This document shows, piece by piece, positions 1-8,189 of a stretch of DNA of 64,000 nucleotides. The stretch comes from an uncultured virus (IMG/VR IMGVR_UViG_3300027020_000013) (Duplodnaviria > Heunggongvirae > Uroviricota > Caudoviricetes): the IMG/VR virus record IMGVR_UViG_3300027020_000013. One strand, written 5' to 3'. The translations under genes were made by a program, and so were the position numbers. The stretch's first letter is position 1. Every line of letters starts with the position of its first letter. The notes beneath the pieces are model-generated. The model worked only from the letters and a program-made list of their open reading frames with translations, was not told the origin of the DNA and made no database searches.

Positions 1-1
1 G

Positions 2-205
2 CATTTCTTCACGGATCAACGAGATGCATGGATCTATCGTGCGCACGCACTGGGTAGTGATCGTGTACACTTTACCGATTACCAACGAACTCTGGATAGC
101 GACAATCGGATTCGTGAGATTGGCATTATCACCGAACCAGACTTCCGTGAGCGTTCCCTGTGGGACGGTTACATCTACGAAGAAATCCGTAACTTGAAAG
201 GCTGA
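2..205 (+). CDS. 3' end of hypothetical protein (5'-truncated by window)
   Basis: Frame 2 is open from the window start (HFFTDQRDAW...EEIRNLKG*), TGA 203-205, 3 nt before the next ATG. Confidence 0.65.
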   Translation, partial: HFFTDQRDAWIYRAHALGSDRVHFTDYQRTLDSDNRIREIGIITEPDFRERSLWDGYIYEEIRNLKG

Positions 206-208
206 ATC

Positions 209-451
209 ATGTCGCAACTTGCAAGCCAGCTGTACAACCTGACTCGCCCAACTCACAGTAAGGCGACCGACAAACTGAATGCATTGTTGGCGAGTGCAGA
301 TGCTTTGGTTGAACGTAATCCAACATTGTTGTCCCGTGTAACCAGTCTGTCCATTGAATGGTCGAACATGAATGGTGAAACTGTTCCAAATGTAAAGATC
401 GAATTGAAAGATCCTGTGCCAGACATCCCCCGTGGTGGCAGCGTAGGTTGA
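209..451 (+). CDS. hypothetical protein, 80 aa
   Basis: ORF track; closely coupled to the upstream stop. Confidence 0.7.
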   Translation: MSQLASQLYNLTRPTHSKATDKLNALLASADALVERNPTLLSRVTSLSIEWSNMNGETVPNVKIELKDPVPDIPRGGSVG

Positions 452-470
452 TTTAAAACTTTTAAACAGC

Positions 471-478
471 TATATTAC
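471..478 (+). promoter_or_regulatory. phiKZ-type early promoter core TATATTAC
   Basis: Exact phiKZ early promoter motif, AT-rich upstream, intergenic. Confidence 0.8.
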
Positions 479-531
479 AACCGTGAATATAGTGAAAGAA
501 TTCGGACTTCTACTCTTCTGAGGAAATGATC

Positions 532-699
532 ATGGCTACGATTAAAATTGGCAAAGTCTCGTTTAATACCAAAACTGGCAAGGTCAATGTTGATCGTCGC
601 ACGATCAAGAAGTCTGACCCAAGCTGGCACCATGCTGCATACACTGCGATCGGGGTTGTTGCTACTGCGATCGCTGTTGACTATCTGCGTAACAAATAA
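532..699 (+). CDS. small basic protein with C-terminal hydrophobic helix, 55 aa (not in ORF track)
   Basis: MATIKIGKVSFNTKTGKVNVDRRTIKKSDPSWHHAAYTAIGVVATAIAVDYLRNK*; GAGGA upstream; follows early promoter. Confidence 0.75.
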   Translation: MATIKIGKVSFNTKTGKVNVDRRTIKKSDPSWHHAAYTAIGVVATAIAVDYLRNK

Positions 700-716
700 A
701 CCACTAGGAGTTGTAG

Positions 717-878
717 ATGAAGCTTTCCACCATTGCTGGCGTTACTGGTCTGGTTGCAATCGGTTACCTGGCGTATCGCTACATCAATGGCAATACCACT
801 GTTGTTGATGCAGAATTCGAAGAAGTGAAAGAACCTCAGTTGCTGCCAGCCCCGGAAGCAGAAAAAGCCGCAGAATGA
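717..878 (+). CDS. small N-terminally membrane-anchored acidic protein, 53 aa (not in ORF track)
   Basis: MKLSTIAGVTGLVAIGYLAYRYINGN...EAEKAAE*; AGGAG SD 6 nt upstream; terminator follows. Confidence 0.8.
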   Translation: MKLSTIAGVTGLVAIGYLAYRYINGNTTVVDAEFEEVKEPQLLPAPEAEKAAE

Positions 879-884
879 CATACT

Positions 885-911
885 GCCCCTCTCCCTAAAA
901 AGGAGAGGGGC
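885..911. terminator. bidirectional hairpin terminator
   Basis: GCCCCTCTCC-loop-GGAGAGGGGC between convergent genes. Confidence 0.8.
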
Positions 912-928
912 TAGTATCAATTTTCTTT

Positions 929-1384
929 TTATTCCGCATTATCCTGAGCTTCCCGTAGAGCTTTCATACGCTCTTGGAATTGATCAGAAGTTTCATTCAC
1001 CAAACCAATGTGATCTTCACCGGTAGCGTGAGTGTAATCACCCAGGTCCTCAAGCTTAACGTCAGGGACTTGGCCTTCCGAGACAGTGCTGGCTTCTTCC
1101 GGTGCACGTTCGAATGGGTTACGGTTCTTCTGTAGTCGGATCATCTCAGCCATGGCACCCAACAGATCGCTGTTAGATTTGTTGCCTTGCTCTTCGATCT
1201 GGTTACGACGGTTCTGAATGGCGGCTTGCGTGTGATCTTTAGTCGCCTTCAAGATGATGTCAATATCGTCTTTGTCACAATTGGCGATACCTTGAGACAT
1301 CTTCTCGATTACGATGGTCTCACGGATTTCCTGGCCCCATGCAATTTGTTCATCGATAGTCATTGCGGTAGCAGCATGAGTCAT
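929..1384 (-). CDS. hypothetical protein, 151 aa (acidic, helical)
   Basis: ORF track; AAGGA SD upstream. Confidence 0.8.
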   Translation of the reverse strand: MTHAATAMTIDEQIAWGQEIRETIVIEKMSQGIANCDKDDIDIILKATKDHTQAAIQNRRNQIEEQGNKSNSDLLGAMAEMIRLQKNRNPFERAPEEASTVSEGQVPDVKLEDLGDYTHATGEDHIGLVNETSDQFQERMKALREAQDNAE

Positions 1385-1467
1385 GGCAGTGTTCCTTATT
1401 CTTTGCGAGTAAATGAATACTCAACTGATTAACAATATACCGTAATCGGCATTCTGGAGTTCATAAG

Positions 1468-2019
1468 ATGTTCTCGAAGATCATCAACTATTACAGGCGT
1501 TGGCGCCGTAATAACCTGCTTGAAAGTTATGCGGATATCCTCGACAGCATCGACGGGGCAAACTGCAAACCTGAAGACTACCCCGTCAAACTCAAAGAAT
1601 TCTGGCGGTTGTTTGATATGTCATTACTGGATGGCTTAGCTATTCGTGATGTGATGGGTCATGTCGGACAACTGCGGCATCGGAATTTTGCTCAGCTGCA
1701 TCAAGTACTATTGGATGCAAATGACGCAATCGCTAATGAGCAAGACTCTCGGATTGAATACGTTACGCGCACGGGTGTTATGCACCAAGCCGACGTTGAT
1801 CTGGATAATTACTTCTACGATCCAATCCATGGACACTTGAACATCAAAGAGTGTCTGGAACAACTGCGTCAACTGCTACAAGCGCACTGTGGTATCCTGG
1901 AGAACATCGAGGGTACTTATGGTCAACGCAAGATGCTGCATGTGTACTTCGACATCTATACGTTGTCGGACCTGATCATTGAAATCCTTCACGACCAAGG
2001 AGAAGCCCAATCCAGTTAA
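1468..2019 (+). CDS. hypothetical protein, 183 aa
   Basis: ORF; GGAG SD; basic amphipathic N-terminus. Confidence 0.8.
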   Translation: MFSKIINYYRRWRRNNLLESYADILDSIDGANCKPEDYPVKLKEFWRLFDMSLLDGLAIRDVMGHVGQLRHRNFAQLHQVLLDANDAIANEQDSRIEYVTRTGVMHQADVDLDNYFYDPIHGHLNIKECLEQLRQLLQAHCGILENIEGTYGQRKMLHVYFDIYTLSDLIIEILHDQGEAQSS

Positions 2020-2062
2020 AATGGTTTTAGCAATATCAAACCCTTTTCAATGTACACCGTAG

Positions 2063-2821
2063 GTGCGAAGCAACATGGAATCCGTAAAAGATCTACTGAC
2101 CGATCCACTCAAAGGTAAAAACCGTGCACAAGGCGTATTGTGCTTCCTGTTCCGGGAAGTACTGTTGTGGCGTCGTGTGAATCAGATCGTTTGGAACAAG
2201 CGACTGACCGCGTATTTCGAGAAACCCCATAACCAAGAGAAACCCGATAAGGGGAATCTCAACAAGGCATTGTTGAACGACGATCTGCCTTGGGCTGGGT
2301 TCAAGAAAGCGATGGACTTCCTGTCACCAATGGAAGCAAAGCTGGTGATGGAATATACCTGGCGTGACGGCAGTAGCACTACGTACGAGATCTTGATCGA
2401 TCCCGCTGCTGATGAATCTAAGCAGTATAAGGACGTCTTCACGTACGCAGATTGTAGCGTATTCAGTAAAGCCAAGAAACCGGTATCGACTCTGGCATAT
2501 TTGTTCCGACACATCGTAGCTCGTGAGGGTGTCGATGAAGCCAAGTGGGAGCAACTGTTCCAGGACTATTCCGATAATCCAGTAAACAATGTCGGCGTTA
2601 AGAAGTCGGAACTTAACTCGACCATCAGCATGATGAAACGAGCGCTTTTGGATGGAAAGCTTTCGTGGAACGTATTCCGACGTGGCATCCTGTTGTTGAA
2701 ACCACAAAAAGAAGTGTACACCCTGAAGTTGAAGTGGACAGATGATCCGCACTTGATCCTCAGTATGCCTGATGCTGAGTATTCTGCTACTATCGAAAAT
2801 CCGTACAGCGAGATCGCGTAA
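2063..2821 (+). CDS. jumbo-phage protein with internally duplicated ~110-aa domain
   Basis: The two halves share LxxLFRxxx...W...Y...KALL..L.W..F.....L.P....L...W.D. Confidence 0.8.
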   Translation: MRSNMESVKDLLTDPLKGKNRAQGVLCFLFREVLLWRRVNQIVWNKRLTAYFEKPHNQEKPDKGNLNKALLNDDLPWAGFKKAMDFLSPMEAKLVMEYTWRDGSSTTYEILIDPAADESKQYKDVFTYADCSVFSKAKKPVSTLAYLFRHIVAREGVDEAKWEQLFQDYSDNPVNNVGVKKSELNSTISMMKRALLDGKLSWNVFRRGILLLKPQKEVYTLKLKWTDDPHLILSMPDAEYSATIENPYSEIA

Positions 2822-3207
2822 TGCAAAAAGTTCTGGACCTGAGCAAGATCACTCGAGATAACCCTTTCTCGATTGACAACCAAACCCCCAAACAAACAGC
2901 CACAGGTTTGAACTTCCGTACTTATCGCGGTTTGCGTATGTACTTGATCACTGGGTCTTCGGACCCAGCTTGGTTGCGAGCGGTATACCCGCACGATTTC
3001 GAAACATTGCAGCAGAAGCAAGCGCCTTATGTGTTCGTCCGTGATTTGAAGGATATCTTGAAAGGTGCACTCGTTCGAGATGTTGCAAATCGTCCAATGA
3101 TCAAACTGGTCGCTAACCGAAAGACTTCGGTCGTCATCGGGGATAAAGCGAATTCGGCTGATCTGGAATGGCTGAGCATTGTCCGTGAAGTTGTAGAATC
3201 GTTGTAA
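2821..3207 (+). CDS. hypothetical protein, 128 aa
   Basis: ORF coupled by TAATG overlap. Confidence 0.75.
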   Translation: MQKVLDLSKITRDNPFSIDNQTPKQTATGLNFRTYRGLRMYLITGSSDPAWLRAVYPHDFETLQQKQAPYVFVRDLKDILKGALVRDVANRPMIKLVANRKTSVVIGDKANSADLEWLSIVREVVESL

Positions 3208-3213
3208 AACAGT

Positions 3214-3233
3214 GGCCTCCCTTCGGGGAGGCT
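3214..3233 (+). terminator. cUUCGg hairpin terminator
   Basis: GGCCTCCC-TTCG-GGGAGGCT. Confidence 0.75.
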
Positions 3234-3284
3234 GCTATGCCTGATCTTATGAACCTCTTATTTTTTTTTTCAAGGAACGTAAAC

Positions 3285-4379
3285 ATGGCAGCATTAGCTT
3301 TACCTTCATTCTTGGGTTCTCCTGAGGACCTAACCAAAGTAGTAGATGCTTATGGAGAAACTTCATCGGAACTCCGTACGGCATTGTCATCTAAGATCGA
3401 TTCGTTTACATCAGGTCTAGGTGACGCGTTTGATAAAGCTGTAAGTATCACAAAAGGCATTGGTGAGAAGCTCCGTACCGACACAATCGATCTACCATCG
3501 GCGTTAAGGCGTGTACAAGGCGTTCTGAAGGGTTCTCGTGCTGACATTGTGAAACTGGCCACGTCTACTGAAAAGATGATCATGGGCGAGCTGACTGGCA
3601 CTGACAAGAGTACCAACTACGTCAAGACTGCTACCGATATGGCACGCACGATTGAACTGATGACCTCCGAAGGACGAGTAGTAATCGACTCGTTTAAGAA
3701 TGGTGGTTATAACCAAGTCAGTGCAATGGTTGGTTTCATCTCTGACCTAACTAATACCCCAATGCTCAAGATGTTTGACTTGGGTGCAGAAGCAGCTGTA
3801 CTGCGTGGTGTAGTAGAAGAAGTATCTGCATGGGGTGTACCGTCCCTCATCGATACCGTACTTAAGGATCAACCCGATCGTACTAAGTACACGGTAATCA
3901 AACGTTCAGCCGAGCGAATCTCTGCATCTAGTTCTTTGGATGTGCTGTTGGCTTACGCTAATGTGAACTCTAGTTCGTATACGTGCAAAGCTGGGACTGG
4001 TGAGGGTACTGGCATAGAATGCGAGAAGATCTACCAGAACATCGGTGCTAATGCTCTCAATGCAAACACACCAGACTTCGCTACCAAGGTACTATCGAAC
4101 TTCGCGTTCGTAGAAGGAATCACAGTAGCTGATTACCCGTCACAACTGACTAAGCTTGTTCAACTAATGGACATGTTAAAACCAGATTGGTTCTGGACTA
4201 GCCGTAACAATGACCGTGTATGGAACCTAGGCACACTGTGCACTGCTTCTGAAGACGCTGTGACGTTGTTCTTGTCGAGCGATGTTTACAGAGACGCTAT
4301 CCTCACTGCCCCTTTCTACGTTCCAATGCGAGTCGAAGAACTGGTTAACACAATGTACCCTCTGACAACAACAGCATAG
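3285..4379 (+). CDS. virion structural protein (phiKZ gp174-like by synteny)
   Basis: Start moved to ATG 3285 (AAGGA SD); converges on the protease gene as in phiKZ-like phages. Confidence 0.7.
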   Translation: MAALALPSFLGSPEDLTKVVDAYGETSSELRTALSSKIDSFTSGLGDAFDKAVSITKGIGEKLRTDTIDLPSALRRVQGVLKGSRADIVKLATSTEKMIMGELTGTDKSTNYVKTATDMARTIELMTSEGRVVIDSFKNGGYNQVSAMVGFISDLTNTPMLKMFDLGAEAAVLRGVVEEVSAWGVPSLIDTVLKDQPDRTKYTVIKRSAERISASSSLDVLLAYANVNSSSYTCKAGTGEGTGIECEKIYQNIGANALNANTPDFATKVLSNFAFVEGITVADYPSQLTKLVQLMDMLKPDWFWTSRNNDRVWNLGTLCTASEDAVTLFLSSDVYRDAILTAPFYVPMRVEELVNTMYPLTTTA

Positions 4380-4395
4380 TCTCCTTCGGGAGGCT
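4378..4395 (+). terminator. cUUCGg hairpin terminator
   Basis: AGTCTCC-TTCG-GGAGGCT. Confidence 0.7.
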
Positions 4396-4424
4396 TTATG
4401 CTGCATTAGACTTTCCTACAAGCC

Positions 4425-4432
4425 TATATTAC
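4425..4432 (+). promoter_or_regulatory. early promoter core TATATTAC
   Basis: Exact motif ~20 nt upstream of ORF 4454. Confidence 0.75.
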
Positions 4433-4453
4433 TCTTGTGATAAAACAACCATC

Positions 4454-4732
4454 ATGGAGTTTGAAATGGGTAACTTTGCACGTGTAGCAGATATGATCCA
4501 TGCATTGATCGCAAAACCAGAAGCAGCTAACGGTTTCGAGATTGAGCGTGGACTGAACAAGGTCACGTATGATCCTGCTACCGGTATGTTTATAGTAGTT
4601 GCAAAAGGGCGTAAGGTTATTAGCTACGATGTCCGTAGCCGTAAGGGTTCCACTACCCTGAATAACTACGGTTGTGATATCGTACACGATGTCATAGAGG
4701 ATGCCTCTCACGACATCCTTAAAGCTGCATGA
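4454..4732 (+). CDS. small early hypothetical protein (stand-alone cassette)
   Basis: Own promoter and terminator; start may be ATG 4466 (GGAG upstream). Confidence 0.7.
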   Translation: MEFEMGNFARVADMIHALIAKPEAANGFEIERGLNKVTYDPATGMFIVVAKGRKVISYDVRSRKGSTTLNNYGCDIVHDVIEDASHDILKAA

Positions 4733-4741
4733 CGACATAAT

Positions 4742-4761
4742 GGCTACCCTTCGGGGTAGCC
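4742..4761. terminator. bidirectional cUUCGg terminator
   Basis: GGCTACCC-TTCG-GGGTAGCC, long T run, between convergent genes. Confidence 0.85.
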
Positions 4762-4780
4762 CTATGCTGTATTTTTTTTT

Positions 4781-5617
4781 TTATCGCATGTAACCCGGAC
4801 GACGGGTAGCAGGACGACGTTCCCAACCTAGGTTACGGATCAGATCCGAAACATCTAGTTGCTCAGCAGATTCCAAGCCCAGTCGCTTACGCTTCTCAGC
4901 TTCATCTTGCATTGCCCACAGAGTAGTTGGGTTGATGGTCATCTCGGTTTCAGCTTCTTTAAAGCCTTCCAGTGCTGGAGAGTTGTGCTTACCAGCAACG
5001 TAGATACCACCTTCACCTACGAAGTCCCAAGTAGAGATCTCACGGGTGTACTTAATGCCACGCATTACGTCGTCTTGTGTGATCGAACGTACGGAGCAAT
5101 AAGTGTTGATGTGTGGGTTAGTAACAGAGTCTAAGAAGACTTTAGCAAAAGGACCATGTGGTCGAACTTCAGCGATTACCAACTTACAAGGACGACCTTG
5201 TTCGTCTTTACCATCAACGATAGTCAGAGCACGGATGTGAGCACATACACGATCATCGTCGATCTTACGAATACGGTTTAGGTATTCACGATCGTCCATG
5301 TAGCGTTTGCATTTCTCACCATCTTTCAGAACCCATTCCCATGGCTCTGGGTGTTTGAATTCCATGTACAGCACTTGCTTCAGCAAACGTCGCATCAATG
5401 GAGAACCGGGTTCGAACATCGATACACCGGAAGCGGCATCATAAAACATACCGGCGGAGTTGTGGGTGCCATAAGCACCGACGCACAGAGTAAAGTAACC
5501 ATCTGCATCGGGGGTCAGGATACCTTTCTTACCACCGGCAGTCAGGAGACTGCCACTGATACGTACTTGGTTACCGGCTTGCTTTTGGACACCGAATAAA
5601 TCTTGAGCTGCGCCCAT
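4781..5617 (-). CDS. head maturation (prohead) serine protease, phiKZ gp175-like
   Basis: EFKHP (His), CSVRS (Ser) and TWDFV motifs; synteny with vRNAP genes. Confidence 0.85.
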   Translation of the reverse strand: MGAAQDLFGVQKQAGNQVRISGSLLTAGGKKGILTPDADGYFTLCVGAYGTHNSAGMFYDAASGVSMFEPGSPLMRRLLKQVLYMEFKHPEPWEWVLKDGEKCKRYMDDREYLNRIRKIDDDRVCAHIRALTIVDGKDEQGRPCKLVIAEVRPHGPFAKVFLDSVTNPHINTYCSVRSITQDDVMRGIKYTREISTWDFVGEGGIYVAGKHNSPALEGFKEAETEMTINPTTLWAMQDEAEKRKRLGLESAEQLDVSDLIRNLGWERRPATRRPGYMR

Positions 5618-5628
5618 AGTGGTGTTCC

Positions 5629-6342
5629 TTATGTACGGAGGATTTCTTCAATCAGTTCTACGGACTCACTAGGGTTCACTACCGCTGTGTTAATAGCGTC
5701 AGAGAAGTAAGCACCGTTCAACCGGCTAGTAGTGTCAGAGGTGTTCCAAACTACCGAGCGGAAGGGAATAACTTTTGGTGGGTTCTCAACAACATCTTCA
5801 TGTCGATTGAGAATATGACGATACAGTCGCGTTAAGTCATCTTTGTCACGAGCAGTCGTTGAGATAATCAGTTCCAGAATAGCTCGAGAACCCAAGTTAA
5901 CACCAGCGTGATAAGACGCAGTGTCAAACATCTTCGACATGTCGTAGTAGTTCATATACCAAGGAATGTTCCCTTTAGCAACGAGTTCGTCGTAAAGGTA
6001 ATAAGTCAAGGTATCGTTCACTACAAGGTGGTTATTCACAAACACTACATCACCTGGTTCGAAAGAGAACTCGAAATAATCGGTTCCTCGAACGGTAACT
6101 TTGTTTGTAGAACTAGGACGGATCTGCATCATTGCAATCGTGTTGTCGACACCGTAGTATTCGTCGTTTATGATGATCGCATAGAAACCGACGATAAAGA
6201 CTTCAGAACCTAGGATCGCTAGGTCCTTATTCTGAAATCGTACGGGGACATGAATCTTGCAGGGAGCATCTGTAATAGTGCTCCCATTATCTTGACGATG
6301 CAAGTGTTCGAATACACGAGCTGCGTTACGCTTCAGCTCCAT
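5629..6342 (-). CDS. virion RNA polymerase beta' C-terminal-like subunit (phiKZ gp176 / SPN3US gp244-like)
   Basis: Synteny; C-terminus SDTTSRLNGAYFSDAINTAVVNPSESVELIEEIL resembles the beta' C-terminal region. Confidence 0.65.
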   Translation of the reverse strand: MELKRNAARVFEHLHRQDNGSTITDAPCKIHVPVRFQNKDLAILGSEVFIVGFYAIIINDEYYGVDNTIAMMQIRPSSTNKVTVRGTDYFEFSFEPGDVVFVNNHLVVNDTLTYYLYDELVAKGNIPWYMNYYDMSKMFDTASYHAGVNLGSRAILELIISTTARDKDDLTRLYRHILNRHEDVVENPPKVIPFRSVVWNTSDTTSRLNGAYFSDAINTAVVNPSESVELIEEILRT

Positions 6343-6352
6343 GTATCACCTC

Positions 6353-7981
6353 TTAGACTTGTTGTTCGTGTTCTGGATCTTCAGTCGATTCACCTTCAGC
6401 GTCAGCTGCATCGGCAGCTTCCATCTCAGGATCAGTTTCCTCAACCAATGGACCTTCACCAGTCGAAGCATCAGCAATAGCCGATTCAGCTTCACCACCA
6501 GTAGGTTCTTCCAGTGGTTGTGCTGGTAGTTCAGCAGCATCTGGTTTGAAGCGATCTACTTGGATCTGCGATGCAGCCCATGCAGCGTACAGCGACAGCA
6601 GAGCTTGAGTCGACATCTCACGTGAAGACATGGTCGAATCTTGCTGACTGAACTGATCCATCAGGCACATGTATTCCCAGTAGATAGACTCAGGGAAGTA
6701 CAGTTGGCAAATCAGATTACCAAAGGCCAGGAATTCGTTATCCAGTTGCTCAGGACGAACCTTACGGATAGCATCAACGATCTTCTCACGCAGACCATCT
6801 ACCTGCATCTCAGCCATAGTGCCTTGTTGGGCTTGTTCGAAGAAGGCTTCGACCATGTCCTTACGACGGCTACGTTCAGCGTTGTCAGCAGCAGCTTGCT
6901 GGATCAGTGGATACACAGCTTGGAACTTCTGAATGAAGTAAGCTTTGCGTTCTTCCAGGCGAGCGATGGTTTGAGAACCTTCAGCTTCCAGAGCAGAACC
7001 CAGGACAGCAGACAGATCACCATTAGCAGCTTTCCATTGTGCTTCGCAGTCACCGTTCAGCCATACGACCAGACGACGATTCTCAACCGCATTAGCGGCT
7101 TCCGAACGCAGGATGAATACACCGTTGCGTTGATCTTCAGCACGACGCTGATAAGCACGCAGCAGGTAAGCACCAAGCATCTCGTGGAGCATGCGCATGA
7201 CGTGTACCCACTCTTCGTAGGATACCGATTCACCGACTGGTTCACATGGGTTCTCACCCAGATGACCACACAGGAAATATGCCAGCAGCAGAGCATCAAC
7301 GTTGAACGGTGCATTAGTGCCAACAACAAACGACAGCTCACCAACAGTCAGTGCTTTGTGACGGTTGAACAGATCTGCATAAGTACGGCTAATGGTTTCT
7401 GGATCTACTTTCAGCAACCACTCGGTAACTTGCTCACGATCAGCATGTGGGTTATTGATCGAGACCATTTCGATGATCTGTTCAACACCTTTAGCTTCCA
7501 GGATGAAAGTCCGGTAGTTAGGCTGTGGGTTGACGTTAGCGTAATTTTGCAGATGCGAAGTCAGACGTGGTTCCGAGTGAACAGCATCGTAACGGAAGTA
7601 ATCAGCACGTACGTCAGCAGCAGTAGATACTTTCTGACGCTCGTTGAAATCACGAACCATCGAATCCACACCTGGGATAACGACGTTAGCTACGTTGTAC
7701 TGAATCTTGCCCAGAGCAGCAGCTACCAACCCGATCAGGTCAGCTTGGTCTTCTTCTACATGGATCGGTTGTTCTTCGTTCATCTCTTCGAAGTGTTCTT
7801 CGACAGAGGCGGTAAGTTCTTCAGAGACTGGGGCAGCACTTGGGGCTTGGTCTACAGCGTAACCGCTGGCGAACTGAGCAATAGGAAACTCAGGATTCGG
7901 AACGACCAGAACTTGACTGGCTTCAGTCAGTTGCTGTGCAATCAGCTTAACAGACTGCACGGTAGTGGCGATATCAGACAT
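6353..7981 (-). CDS. virion/head protein, phiKZ gp177-like, acidic termini
   Basis: 542-aa ORF, AAGGA SD, synteny. Confidence 0.75.
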   Translation of the reverse strand: MSDIATTVQSVKLIAQQLTEASQVLVVPNPEFPIAQFASGYAVDQAPSAAPVSEELTASVEEHFEEMNEEQPIHVEEDQADLIGLVAAALGKIQYNVANVVIPGVDSMVRDFNERQKVSTAADVRADYFRYDAVHSEPRLTSHLQNYANVNPQPNYRTFILEAKGVEQIIEMVSINNPHADREQVTEWLLKVDPETISRTYADLFNRHKALTVGELSFVVGTNAPFNVDALLLAYFLCGHLGENPCEPVGESVSYEEWVHVMRMLHEMLGAYLLRAYQRRAEDQRNGVFILRSEAANAVENRRLVVWLNGDCEAQWKAANGDLSAVLGSALEAEGSQTIARLEERKAYFIQKFQAVYPLIQQAAADNAERSRRKDMVEAFFEQAQQGTMAEMQVDGLREKIVDAIRKVRPEQLDNEFLAFGNLICQLYFPESIYWEYMCLMDQFSQQDSTMSSREMSTQALLSLYAAWAASQIQVDRFKPDAAELPAQPLEEPTGGEAESAIADASTGEGPLVEETDPEMEAADAADAEGESTEDPEHEQQV

Positions 7982-7991
7982 GATGTTTCCT

Positions 7992-8189
7992 TTAGATTGC
8001 GAGTTGTTTTGCGATACGGGCAGCCAGGGCTTCCTGGATGTCTTGCTTGGTTAGGAATACCCCGTTCAGTGTGGAAGAGGTATGTTCCGTGCCGAGGATG
8101 CGCTGAATTGCTTCAGCGCCCAGTTCGACAGCGGCAGACAGAATGGAGACATTCTGCCCGTGTGCGACGTTGTTACTTAGATTTTGCAT
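7992..8189 (-). CDS. small hypothetical protein, 65 aa
   Basis: Start MQNLSNN with GAGGA SD; overlaps end of the RNAP beta gene. Confidence 0.65.
   Translation of the reverse strand: MQNLSNNVAHGQNVSILSAAVELGAEAIQRILGTEHTSSTLNGVFLTKQDIQEALAARIAKQLAI

Noticed and set aside
3261..3270. Poly-T runs (also ~4772, ~32049, ~51522) as phase-variation sites
   Set aside because: Intergenic and adjacent to terminator hairpins.
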